Origin: Demequinaceae bacterium
GTDB lineage: Bacteria > Actinomycetota > Actinomycetes > Actinomycetales > Demequinaceae
DNA length: 32,000 nucleotides
Reading direction: 5' to 3'
NCBI GenBank assembly: GCA_965250005.1
Contig: OZ252279.1
Coordinates: 30,001 to 62,000 of the forward strand
Part shown: one piece after another, positions 10,026 to 18,093 of the stretch
How the letters are laid out: each line of letters opens with the position of its first letter
Numbering within the stretch: the stretch's first letter is position 1
Notes under the pieces: generated by a model
What the model was told of the DNA's origin: nothing
Database searches by the model: none
The model's input: the letters and a program-made list of their open reading frames with translations, nothing else
Program-made: the position numbers and the translations under genes

Positions 10026-10031
10026 GTGAGC

Positions 10032-10083
10032 GAGCGCTGGCGCAGGCGGGATTGGCCTGAAGCCTGGGGAAGTGCCAGCGCTC
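10032..10083 (-). promoter_or_regulatory. Stem-loop overlapping the stop codon of the cysteine uORF, candidate attenuator
   Basis: Perfect 10-bp inverted repeat gagcgctggc (10032-10041) / gccagcgctc (10074-10083), with further short complementarity (caggc/gcctg) inside. Confidence 0.6.
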
Positions 10084-10139
10084 TAGAGACAGCAGCAGCA
10101 GCCCACGCACGTGCACATGCACATGGAGGGCGAGAACAT
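10083..10139 (-). CDS. Cysteine-rich leader peptide (uORF) upstream of cysK-cysE
   Basis: Minus-strand ATG TTC TCG CCC TCC ATG TGC ATG TGC ACG TGC GTG GGC TGC TGC TGC TGT CTC TAG = MFSPSMCMCTCVGCCCCL*; 7 Cys in 18 codons, including four consecutive. An internal ATG at 10124 gives MCMCTCVGCCCCL. Confidence 0.75.
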   Translation of the reverse strand: MFSPSMCMCTCVGCCCCL

Positions 10140-10428
10140 CGAGGCAGGGGCGGACGCAGTCACGTTGGTGACGCGGAGCGTATGAGTGCTCACGGCCCTG
10201 CCTTTCCGATGGTCTGGTGGCCTCAGGGTAGCGCGCCAATGGCCGATGTGCCAATGTCCCCACGGCAGATGGGGCTGTTTTCTCCAGGGGCAGCCATAGT
10301 TATCCTGGCCGAAAGGCGCTCCGGCGCACGATCAACGCGGCGGCGTGGGAAGCCCCTCTTCCGCGTTTGAGCATCCGGCGCTAGTCTGGCCGAGTAGTCG
10401 CGACGACGATGTCGCCTGAGGAGGGACC

Positions 10429-10884
10429 ATGGGTTACCCGACGCTGACGGTTGCGCGCGAGATCAAGGCGTCGCCCGCGGCGGTGTGGAAGGTCTTGACT
10501 GATCTCGACAACGCACCCAAGAACATCAAAGGTATTGACGCGGTCGAACGCGTCGATGGAAAGGGTTATGCGGTGGGCGTCAGCTGGCGAGAGACGCGCC
10601 GCATTTTTGGCAAAGCCCAGACCGAGCTGATGGAAGTCGCGACTGCAGACAAGCCCAAATCGACCTCGGTGGTATCGGAGTCGTCCGGCACGGTGTTCAC
10701 GACCAAGTTCACGCTCGCCCCTGGCTCATCTAGCACGCGACTCGAATGCGAGTTCAGCGCAGTCGCGGGTGAACTGACCGTGGGCCAGCGAATCTTGACC
10801 GCGATCTTCTCGAAAGCAGGAATGAGCGCGAGCAAGAAAATGCTCGAGCAAGACTTGGCGGATATTGCTGCCGCCGCGGAGTAA
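10429..10884 (+). CDS. SRPBCC (START-like) family protein
   Basis: 151 aa; MGYPTLTVAREIKASPAAVWKVLTDLDNAPKNIKGIDAVERVDG...; GAGGAGGG RBS. Confidence 0.85.
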   Translation: MGYPTLTVAREIKASPAAVWKVLTDLDNAPKNIKGIDAVERVDGKGYAVGVSWRETRRIFGKAQTELMEVATADKPKSTSVVSESSGTVFTTKFTLAPGSSSTRLECEFSAVAGELTVGQRILTAIFSKAGMSASKKMLEQDLADIAAAAE

Positions 10885-10948
10885 ACCGCAGGGCGCGGCG
10901 CTCATGGAGATTTCGGCAGCGTAGCCGGAGATTAACGGAGGACATGGC

Positions 10949-11368
10949 ATGGATTGGTTTTCATTTGACGACGTCACGTGGCTTGGAGTAATTCTCGCCA
11001 CGGTGTCCGCGTTCGCCGTGGGCATGAGCTGGTACTCGCTCAAAGCATTCGGGACCCGATGGATGGGCTACATCGGCAAAACAGAGAAGCAACTCCGGTC
11101 CGCCGGCGGCGTCCTCACGTACACGCTCACCATCGTCACGGCCTTCGCGACTGCGCTGCTACTCAACATCCTCATGGGAGCCCTCGCGATCGGAACTCCG
11201 CTCGACGGCGCAATCTTTGGTGCGGTCGTTGGGCTCGTATTCCGCCTTGGAACGCACGTCATTCACAACGGCTTCGCCGCGCGTCCCCAGGGGCTGATGC
11301 TCATCGACGGCGGCCATGACATTGTGGCGCTCGCCGCGGCCGGCGCGATCATCGGAGCGTTCATCTAG
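10949..11368 (+). CDS. DUF1761-like membrane protein
   Basis: 139 aa, four hydrophobic segments; MDWFSFDDVTWLGVILATVSAFAVGMSWYS...RWMGYIGKT...; family assigned from recall. Confidence 0.75.
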   Translation: MDWFSFDDVTWLGVILATVSAFAVGMSWYSLKAFGTRWMGYIGKTEKQLRSAGGVLTYTLTIVTAFATALLLNILMGALAIGTPLDGAIFGAVVGLVFRLGTHVIHNGFAARPQGLMLIDGGHDIVALAAAGAIIGAFI

Positions 11369-11431
11369 GCTATAAATAGCTGTGGCACACGCGCCCCCTC
11401 AATCCCCCCTCTTGGGCGCGAGTGAAACAAA

Positions 11432-11463
11432 GCGAGGCGGGGTTCTTCGGAGCCCCGCCTCGC
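11432..11463. terminator. Strong hairpin between convergent genes, probable bidirectional terminator
   Basis: GCGAGGCGGGGTTC-TTCG-GAGCCCCGCCTCGC, 14-bp stem with one G-U pair and tetraloop, between the DUF1761-like gene (+) and the ABC permease gene (-). Confidence 0.8.
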
Positions 11464-11482
11464 GCTTTGCATCGGGGGAGCG

Positions 11483-12211
11483 CTATTCTGCGGTGCGCAG
11501 CTTGAGTTTGCGCAGGCGGCGGACGGCGAAGAGCACCGCAGCCACCGTTGAGGCAGCGATGAGGACCATGCCAGTGGTGAAGCTCACGGCTGAGAAGACG
11601 CCCCACTGGATGCCATCCCCACCGAGCAGTTTCTCTGCAGCGGCGGCGGCCCATTGCCGGACGCTCACGGTCTGGATACCGGGGACAAACGCTGCGAGCG
11701 TGGTCTCCCACAGCAACGCGTAGATCAGGCCGATGATAACTGCGTTTCGCGACACAATCGCCATCGCGAAGAAGATGGACACGTACGCGATCGACGCGAG
11801 AGCGGCGGAGATGCCGAAGGACGCGGCGAGCTTGGCGTCCTGGTCGCCGGCGAGCAGAGTCGACAGCACCACCGGCACCACGCCCAGCAACATCGCCGAT
11901 GCGTAGGCAACGGCGAGCTTGGACAAGGCAATCGTGCGGCGCGGGAGCGGTTTGGCGAGCAGGTAGGCGATGGACGAGTCCTCGATCTCGGGGCCGATCA
12001 CGCCGGTGCCGATCAGCAGGCACAGCAACGGGATGACGGTGCCTAGTGTGAAGTTGCTGGTGAGCCCCGCGGTGGTGGCGGGGTCGCCGCCGGAGCCCCA
12101 GCGCGTGAGGCCCGCGACCAGCAGCATCAGCGCGGGCAGGGTGGCGAGCAGCCAGGCGCGCTTGCTCCCGAGCAGACCGCGGGCCGTCATCTGCATCACG
12201 ACGATGTTCAT
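11483..12211 (-). CDS. ABC-2 type transporter permease
   Basis: 242 aa, about six TM segments; MNIVVMQMTARGLLGSKRAWLLATLPALMLLVAG...GPEIEDSSIAYLLAKPLPRRTIALSKL. Confidence 0.85.
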   Translation of the reverse strand: MNIVVMQMTARGLLGSKRAWLLATLPALMLLVAGLTRWGSGGDPATTAGLTSNFTLGTVIPLLCLLIGTGVIGPEIEDSSIAYLLAKPLPRRTIALSKLAVAYASAMLLGVVPVVLSTLLAGDQDAKLAASFGISAALASIAYVSIFFAMAIVSRNAVIIGLIYALLWETTLAAFVPGIQTVSVRQWAAAAAEKLLGGDGIQWGVFSAVSFTTGMVLIAASTVAAVLFAVRRLRKLKLRTAE

Positions 12212-12251
12212 GAGCGGGCTCCAATCATGAGCGGGCTCGTGAGGTCCGCGT

Positions 12252-13163
12252 TCATCGCGTCACCAGGTACGAGAAGACGCTCTCGAGCGACTCGTCAGCT
12301 GGGGTTACCTCGTGGAGCAGGATCTTGCCCTTGACGGCTAGTCCAGGCAGGGCGTGGACGAACGCCCCGTAGTCGGCCGCCTGGACCTCGAGGCCCTTGG
12401 CGGTGAGCGAGACGGAATCGGCAGCACCCGAGGTGATGATCGCTGCGGCGAGCGCGCGGTCGTCGCTGGAAACCACCGTGTACTGGTGCGGCCGCTCGGT
12501 CATGAGCTGCCGGATCTTGCGGAAGTCGCCAGAGGCGGCGTGCCGGCCCGCGACCACCACCTCGATCTTCCCGGCGATCTCCTCGACCTCCTCGAGAATG
12601 TGACTGGAGAACAGGACGGTGCGGCCCTCGCGGCTCAGGCGGTGCAGCAGGTCCAGCAGGTGGAGGCGCTGGCGCGGGTCCATGCCGTTAAACGGTTCGT
12701 CGAGCAGCAGCACAGACGGCTGGTGGACCAGGGCGGTCGCCATCTTGACCCGCTGCTTCATGCCCTTGGAGTACTTGCCGAGCTGACGGTCGCGCGGCTC
12801 CATCATGTCGACGGCCTCGAGCGCGGCGCGCGCGGCGGCGCCGGGCTTGTCGAGTCCGTGCAGTTGAGCGTTCGCCAGTACGAACTGCCAGCCGGTCATG
12901 GTGTCGTACATCGCCTCGGCTTCCGGGACCATGCCGATGGTGCGATAGGACTCGGTGCGATCCCAGACGGGCTCTCCGTCGAGCGTCACGGTGCCGTGCG
13001 AGGGCGGCAGGAAGCCGCCCATCATTGAAATGAGCGTGGACTTGCCCGCGCCGTTCGGCCCGAGCAGGCCGGTCACGCCTGGGCCGACTGTCATGGTGAC
13101 GTCGTTGACCGCGACCACGTTGCCGAACCAGCGCGAGACGCCGGTCAGTTCGAGGATGCTCAT
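12252..13163 (-). CDS. ABC transporter ATP-binding protein
   Basis: Walker A GPNGAGKST, signature YSKGMKQRVKMATAL, Walker B VLLLDEPFNGMDP. Confidence 0.93.
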   Translation of the reverse strand: MSILELTGVSRWFGNVVAVNDVTMTVGPGVTGLLGPNGAGKSTLISMMGGFLPPSHGTVTLDGEPVWDRTESYRTIGMVPEAEAMYDTMTGWQFVLANAQLHGLDKPGAAARAALEAVDMMEPRDRQLGKYSKGMKQRVKMATALVHQPSVLLLDEPFNGMDPRQRLHLLDLLHRLSREGRTVLFSSHILEEVEEIAGKIEVVVAGRHAASGDFRKIRQLMTERPHQYTVVSSDDRALAAAIITSGAADSVSLTAKGLEVQAADYGAFVHALPGLAVKGKILLHEVTPADESLESVFSYLVTR

Positions 13164-14080
13164 ACGCCGCCCACTTTCCGGAAGCGGCGCAGCAGCAGGG
13201 CCACGGAGCCGCTTGTCATGACGAGGAACACCAGAGTCGCGGCCAGGCCGGCGGTGAAGCCCGACGGCGCGAGGAACTCATCGCCTGTGGCGGCGCCCAA
13301 CCACGACACCCCGAGGGAGTTCACCACGGCATACGGGTCCAGCAATTGGTAGAAGAATCCGGAGGACTCGCTGACCTGTTCCGACACGATCACGGCGACC
13401 GAGAGTGCGAGGCCCTTGATCAGGATCAAGGCGCTCACAATGGCAGCAATTCCCATCCCGCGCTTGAGGGTCACAGACGCGATGGTGAGGGCGATGCTGC
13501 TCAGCAGGATCGCCAGCAGCGCCGCCATCAGTAGTCCGCCGAGCCACTCCAGCGTCTGACCACCGAACGACAACTTGCCGAGCAGGGCGCCTAGGTACAT
13601 GACCGTCAGCGGGATCGCGAGCAGGATGAACGTCGCGAGCGACAGACCCGCCAGTTTGGCCCACACGTAGTCGGCCCGTTTGAGGGGTCGTGACAAGTAC
13701 AGCGGGAGCACGCCGGCGCGCAGGTCGCGCGAGACCGCGTACGGCGCCCGGCTGGCCACGAAGAGCGTGATGAGGATTGAAGCGTTTCCGGGGAACTGCG
13801 TATACGAAACTTCGAGGCCGGGCTCGCCGCCCAAAACCGCAGTGACGCCCAGGAACAGAATTATCAGCAAGACCACAGCGAAAGCCACGAGCATCCCGAG
13901 CAGCACCACTGGCATCGCCTTGGCGCGCGCGGGGCGGCCGAGCCCAAACGCGCCGCGGAGCGTCTCGATCACGAGCGACCGGAAGATCCAGTCGCGGCTC
14001 AGGCGCGGCCCGTCGTAGTGGCGAAAGCCGATGTCGTGAATCGCGTCGCCGGGCGCCGCAGCGGGCGTGATCTCACTCAT
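13160..14080 (-). CDS. ABC-2 type transporter permease
   Basis: Likely start at ATG 14080..14078 (MSEITPAAAPGDAIHDIGFRHYDGPRLSRDWIFRSLVIETLRGAFGLGRPARAK...). The ORF-track extension to 14524 overlaps the upstream ATPase out of frame. Confidence 0.88.
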   Translation of the reverse strand: MSEITPAAAPGDAIHDIGFRHYDGPRLSRDWIFRSLVIETLRGAFGLGRPARAKAMPVVLLGMLVAFAVVLLIILFLGVTAVLGGEPGLEVSYTQFPGNASILITLFVASRAPYAVSRDLRAGVLPLYLSRPLKRADYVWAKLAGLSLATFILLAIPLTVMYLGALLGKLSFGGQTLEWLGGLLMAALLAILLSSIALTIASVTLKRGMGIAAIVSALILIKGLALSVAVIVSEQVSESSGFFYQLLDPYAVVNSLGVSWLGAATGDEFLAPSGFTAGLAATLVFLVMTSGSVALLLRRFRKVGGV

Positions 14081-14993
14081 GGCTGGCACCCTCCGCGTCG
14101 GCGAATATTTCTGACAGATGGTGGCGGCGCTGCTGCAGGCGGACCAGCCCCACACCCTCGTCGGTGACAGCCTTGGGGACCAGCGCGAGCTGTTTGTCGG
14201 TTGGCGCTTCGATTGCGAAGGAGTGCGGGTCTGTGCCGACGGCCACGGTGAGGCCAGCCTTGGACAGGCGCGCCGCGACCTCGGCGGATTTTTCGGTGAC
14301 CTCGACGAGCGCCACGCCGCTGTTCTGCATGGCCGCGGCGGTCGCGGTGAACTTCTGGAGCTTGCCTTCCTCGATGACGACAACGTGGTTGGAGATGCGC
14401 TCGAGTTCGCCCAACAGGTGGGACGTGACGAGCACGTTGATCGCGAAGTCGCCGCTGATGCGCGCGATGAGTTCGAGCATCTCGTCGCGGCCGGCGGGAT
14501 CGAGGCCGTTGGTGGGTTCGTCAAGCAGGACCAGCTGCGGGTCGTGGACCAGCGCCTGAGCGAGCTTGACGCGCTGCTTCATGCCGGTGGAGTAGCCGCC
14601 AATCTCGCGGTAGCGCTCCTCGTAGAGCCCCACGTGGCGCAGGGTGTCTGACGCGCGCTCGCGGGCGGCGTCGTATGGCAGGCCGGACATGCGCGCCATG
14701 TGGACGAGGAACTCCGTCGCGGACACATCGAGGGGCAGGCACTCGCTCTCGGGCATGTAGCCCACGCTCTGGCGGACCTTCAGCCCGTCCGTCGCGCAGT
14801 CAAGGCCGAGGACATGGGCGGTGCCCGCCGTCGCGGGCTGCAGGCCCAGCAGAATCTTGATGAGCGTGGACTTGCCGGCGCCGTTCGCGCCCACCAGCCC
14901 CACTACGCCCTCGGGGACCGCCACCGTGAGGTCGGACAGCGCCGTCACGTCGCCGAACGTCTTGGTCACGCCATGGATGTCGATCACGGTCAT
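14073..14993 (-). CDS. ABC transporter ATP-binding protein
   Basis: Walker A GANGAGKST, signature YSTGMKQRVKLAQAL, Walker B LVLLDEPTNGLDP; overlaps the downstream permease start. Confidence 0.93.
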   Translation of the reverse strand: MTVIDIHGVTKTFGDVTALSDLTVAVPEGVVGLVGANGAGKSTLIKILLGLQPATAGTAHVLGLDCATDGLKVRQSVGYMPESECLPLDVSATEFLVHMARMSGLPYDAARERASDTLRHVGLYEERYREIGGYSTGMKQRVKLAQALVHDPQLVLLDEPTNGLDPAGRDEMLELIARISGDFAINVLVTSHLLGELERISNHVVVIEEGKLQKFTATAAAMQNSGVALVEVTEKSAEVAARLSKAGLTVAVGTDPHSFAIEAPTDKQLALVPKAVTDEGVGLVRLQQRRHHLSEIFADAEGASHE

Positions 14994-15131
14994 GTAGTTA
15001 CCTTAGGAGGACTGCGGCTTGCGAAACATCCCCCGCGGTAATGAAACCGGACTCAGGGGAGCCCCCTAGGAGAGAATGCGAAGGCATCTGTCGAACGGAA
15101 TAGAGACCGCTTCTATACGTCGAAGCGGCGG

Positions 15132-15205
15132 TGGAGCGGGCGACGGGAATCGAACCCGCGTGATCAGTTTGGAAAACTGAGGCTCTACCATTGAGCTACG
15201 CCCGC
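15132..15205 (-). tRNA. tRNA-Gly, anticodon TCC, encoded CCA
   Basis: GCGGGCG TA GCTCAATGGTAGAGC C TCAGT-TTTCCAA-ACTGA TCACG CGGGTTCGATTCCCG T CGCCCGC T CCA; complete cloverleaf; 15132-15134 encode the CCA. Confidence 0.95.
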
Positions 15206-15297
15206 AATGCTGCACGTGCAGCGCGTACTAGAGTAGCCGAGCCTGCCACATGGTGGGAACCGCTCAAGTACGCGTGTGTTCTACGCGGCGAGGGCAA

Positions 15298-15371
15298 CGG
15301 GGTGTAGCGCAGCTTGGTAGCGCATCTGCTTTGGGAGCAGAGGGTCGCAGGTTCAAATCCTGTCACCCCGA
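15298..15371 (+). tRNA. tRNA-Pro, anticodon TGG, no encoded CCA
   Basis: CGGGGTG TA GCGCAGCTTGGTAGCGC A TCTGC-TTTGGGA-GCAGA GGGTC GCAGGTTCAAATCCTGT CACCCCG A. Confidence 0.95.
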
Positions 15372-15391
15372 CAACGAGCACGAACGGCGCG

Positions 15392-15676
15392 ATGGCGCAG
15401 ATCGACGACGACATCCGTCGGACTGTGATGATCGTGGCGGCCCTCGACCTCAGTTACTTCGTCATCGAATTCGTGGTCGCGTGGCTTTCCCCGAGCGACG
15501 CTGTGTTCGCGAACGCCGCCGGTATTGCGACCACGGGGCTCGCGCTATGGTTCGCGAGCGGCTGGCCGGACATCGTCGTTGGCTTGGTCATCGGGATGCT
15601 CAACGCGGGTGCGGCTCGAGACGTGTGGCGGGCGGCGCGGGCCGAGCGGCTCGACGCCGAACAAGCGCAGGCATAA
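15392..15676 (+). CDS. Truncated cation-diffusion-facilitator-like membrane mini-protein, or an internally deleted remnant
   Basis: 94 aa: MAQIDDDIRRTVMIVAALDLSYFVIEFVVAWLSPSDAVFANAAGIATTGLALWFASGWPDIVVGLVIGMLNAGAARDVWRAARAERLDAEQAQA. It resembles the TM1 and final TM segments of CDF transporters with the middle missing. The ORF-track start at 15314 lies inside tRNA-Pro. Confidence 0.55.
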   Translation: MAQIDDDIRRTVMIVAALDLSYFVIEFVVAWLSPSDAVFANAAGIATTGLALWFASGWPDIVVGLVIGMLNAGAARDVWRAARAERLDAEQAQA

Positions 15677-15769
15677 CGAGGCGATCACCCCGCTTGAGCG
15701 GGTAGACTCCTTGAGTCTCGCGCGCGTGTCGCGTGCGCCCCAGGACCACAATCAACATCAGGAGCAGCA

Positions 15770-17107
15770 GTGACTAGCGCCATCGAACAAATTGACGCCA
15801 CAACCGTCAAACTCACCGTCACCCTCACCGAAGAAGACATTGCGCCCATGCTCGCGCACGCCTACGAGCACATTGGGGAAGAGGTCACCATCCCGGGGTT
15901 CCGCAAGGGCAAGGTCCCCAAGGCGATCCTCGAGCAGCGCATCGGCAAGCCCGCGGCGCTCGAGCACGCCATCAACGACGGCCTGCCCCAGTGGTACGGT
16001 GCTGCGGTCGAGGAGCAGGAAATCCGCCCGTTCGGCCAGCCCGAAATCGACCTCGTCAAGATTCCCGGCGCTGTCGAGGGAGACGAGGGCCTAGAGTTCA
16101 CCGCCGTCGTCGAAACCCGTCCGCAGGTGGCGCTGCCCAAGATCAATGGCATCACGCTCACGGTCGAGCCCACCGAGGTTTCGGACGCCGACGTCGACGC
16201 GCGCATGGACACGCTCCGGGAGCGGTTCGGCACCCTCGTCACTGTTGACCGTCCCGCGGCCGACGGCGACTTCGTCACCATCGACCTGGGCGCCAAGATC
16301 GACGGCAAGGACGTCGACACGGTCCAGGGAACGTCGTACCAGGTGGGCTCCGGGAACATGCTCGAGGGCCTGGACGAAGCGCTCGTTGGCTTGAGCGCCG
16401 ACGAAGAGACGAGTTACGAAGGTCCGCTCGCTGCCGGCGACCACGCAGGCGAGACCGCGCAGATCCACCTCACGGTCACGGCCGTCAAGGACCGAGAGCT
16501 CCCCGAAGCGAACGATGATTTTGCTCAACTGGCCTCGGAATTCGACACGGTGAAGGAGCTACGCGAAGACCTGCGCGAGCAGGCTGGTCGCATCCAGGCC
16601 AACAACCAGGCCGTTGAGGCTCGCGGAAAACTGCTCGAGCACCTCGTAGAAGAGACCGACTTCGAGCTTCCTAAGAAGGTTGTCGAAGCTGAGGTTCATC
16701 AGCACCTCGAGGGCGAGAGCCGGCTCGAAGACGACGTTCACCGCGCTGAGGTCACCAAAGAGGCGCAGGAGGCTCTGCGCGCGCAGATCCTGCTCGACCA
16801 GCTAGCGGAGGATCTTGCGATCGAGGTCGAAGAGAACGAGCTGATGGACTACATGCTCAACGCCTCGCGCCAGTACGGCATGGACCCCAACACGTTCATT
16901 GAGCAGGTGCAGAAGGCAGGTCAGGTTCCGTCCATGGTCGCCGAGGTTGCTCGCTCCAAGGCCACCGCGTTCGCGCTGCGCCGTATCAAAGTTAAGGACA
17001 CGGCTGGCAAGGCCGTCGACCTGAGCGACGTGGTCGGCAAGGACGAGGACGGCGGCAAGAAGTCCGCGGACAAGAAGGCGCCAGCTAAGAAGGACGCTGC
17101 CAAGTAA
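15770..17107 (+). CDS. tig: Trigger factor (ribosome-associated peptidyl-prolyl isomerase chaperone)
   Basis: 445 aa, GTG start; VKLTVTLTEEDIAPMLAHAYEHIGEEVTIPGFRKGKVPKAILEQRIG is the ribosome-binding signature; Lys-rich tail; upstream of clpP. Confidence 0.96.
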   Translation: MTSAIEQIDATTVKLTVTLTEEDIAPMLAHAYEHIGEEVTIPGFRKGKVPKAILEQRIGKPAALEHAINDGLPQWYGAAVEEQEIRPFGQPEIDLVKIPGAVEGDEGLEFTAVVETRPQVALPKINGITLTVEPTEVSDADVDARMDTLRERFGTLVTVDRPAADGDFVTIDLGAKIDGKDVDTVQGTSYQVGSGNMLEGLDEALVGLSADEETSYEGPLAAGDHAGETAQIHLTVTAVKDRELPEANDDFAQLASEFDTVKELREDLREQAGRIQANNQAVEARGKLLEHLVEETDFELPKKVVEAEVHQHLEGESRLEDDVHRAEVTKEAQEALRAQILLDQLAEDLAIEVEENELMDYMLNASRQYGMDPNTFIEQVQKAGQVPSMVAEVARSKATAFALRRIKVKDTAGKAVDLSDVVGKDEDGGKKSADKKAPAKKDAAK

Positions 17108-17145
17108 GACGCGTAACTCCAAGCCAACGCATAGCCAACGCGAAG

Positions 17146-17172
17146 GCCCGCCACTCCTAGAGGGAGGCGGGC
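17146..17172. terminator. Hairpin after tig, probable terminator
   Basis: GCCCGCC-actcctagaggga-GGCGGGC, 7-bp GC stem between tig (+) and the convergent DUF4190-like gene (-). Confidence 0.55.
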
Positions 17173-17205
17173 TCTCGCGATATCGGTAGAGCGCTTCCGA
17201 CGTCT

Positions 17206-17604
17206 CTAGTCGAAGCTCGAGCTGGACCCGCAGAGACCGCTTCCGGGATTGCGGTCACACTCGGTGACCAACAAAACGACAAACACGATGTACCCGATGA
17301 TGGCGAGCACCCAGAGCGCCGTGACGATGTAACTGATGATGAGGCCCGCTAGGCCCATGCCGCGGTGCTCAGCCTCGCCACGGTCAGCGGCGCGAATCCC
17401 CAGGTGACCGAATACGATGCCGGCAATGTTGGAGCCCGGGATAATGAACGAGACGAACGGCGCTATGAGAGCGACGATGTTCATCCACGTTTTGGATGAG
17501 ACGCCCGGTGGCAGCACGGGCGGGGCGGAAGCGGGCGGCACGGCCTGTCCAGCGGCCGAGCCGCTACCGGCCGGTGGCCGAGCAAAAACTTCGGGTGTGC
17601 TCAT
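17206..17604 (-). CDS. Small DUF4190-like membrane protein
   Basis: 132 aa; Pro-rich N-terminus, then WMNIVALIAPFVSFIIPGSNIAGIVFGHLGIRAADRGEAEHRGMGLAGLIISYI... Confidence 0.75.
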   Translation of the reverse strand: MSTPEVFARPPAGSGSAAGQAVPPASAPPVLPPGVSSKTWMNIVALIAPFVSFIIPGSNIAGIVFGHLGIRAADRGEAEHRGMGLAGLIISYIVTALWVLAIIGYIVFVVLLVTECDRNPGSGLCGSSSSFD

Positions 17605-17637
17605 GCGGTGCTCCTTTGTACTTCAGGGTGGTGCCGC

Positions 17638-17940
17638 TCAGCACCACGTGGCCGGGTTGTCGCCCCCGCACTCGCGGAAGATGAACACCATGAACCAAAC
17701 GTACGCCACGGTTCCCACGAGCCACAGGAAGGCGCCCGTGTAGCCGAGAATCAGGCCCCACAGCCCCACAAGACGGTAATCGGCTTCACCGCGAGCGGCT
17801 GCGCGTAATCCGAGGTGACCGAGAATGATGCCGCCGAGCGAGAGTCCTATAACCGACGCGACCAGCGCCACGATGTTCATCCAGCTGTGCGGGTAGGTCC
17901 CAGGCGCGGCCTGAGACTTCTTGGTAGTTGGCGTGTTCAT
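17638..17940 (-). CDS. Small DUF4190-like membrane protein, paralogue of neighbour
   Basis: Start at 17940 (MNTPTTKKSQAAPGTYPHSWMNIVALVASVIGLSLGGIILGHLGLRAAARGEADYRLVGLWGLILGYTG...). The ORF-track extension to 18669 is antisense to clpP1. Confidence 0.72.
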   Translation of the reverse strand: MNTPTTKKSQAAPGTYPHSWMNIVALVASVIGLSLGGIILGHLGLRAAARGEADYRLVGLWGLILGYTGAFLWLVGTVAYVWFMVFIFRECGGDNPATWC

Positions 17941-18093
17941 TGCTGCCCCTTCCGTTGAGCTCATTGCTCCCAGACTCTGATGGTAGCCCCGCCCGCAACG
18001 CGTTTCACCCCGTAGCGAAACAGGCCCCCAAACGGCATCGGCGACGGGTCCTGCCGCGTTACTGTCATCGCATACGGATACAGGAGGACACCC

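Noticed and set aside
9937-10263. 108-aa minus-strand ORF covering the cysK leader (contains [20 protein letters not shown])
   Set aside because: The HVHVHVRGLLLL run is an off-frame reading of the TGC-rich Cys leader; no domain. The short poly-Cys frame explains the codon pattern better.
10026-10370. 114-aa plus-strand ORF over the cysK leader and intergenic region
   Set aside because: No RBS or domain, and it runs through the hairpins of the leader.
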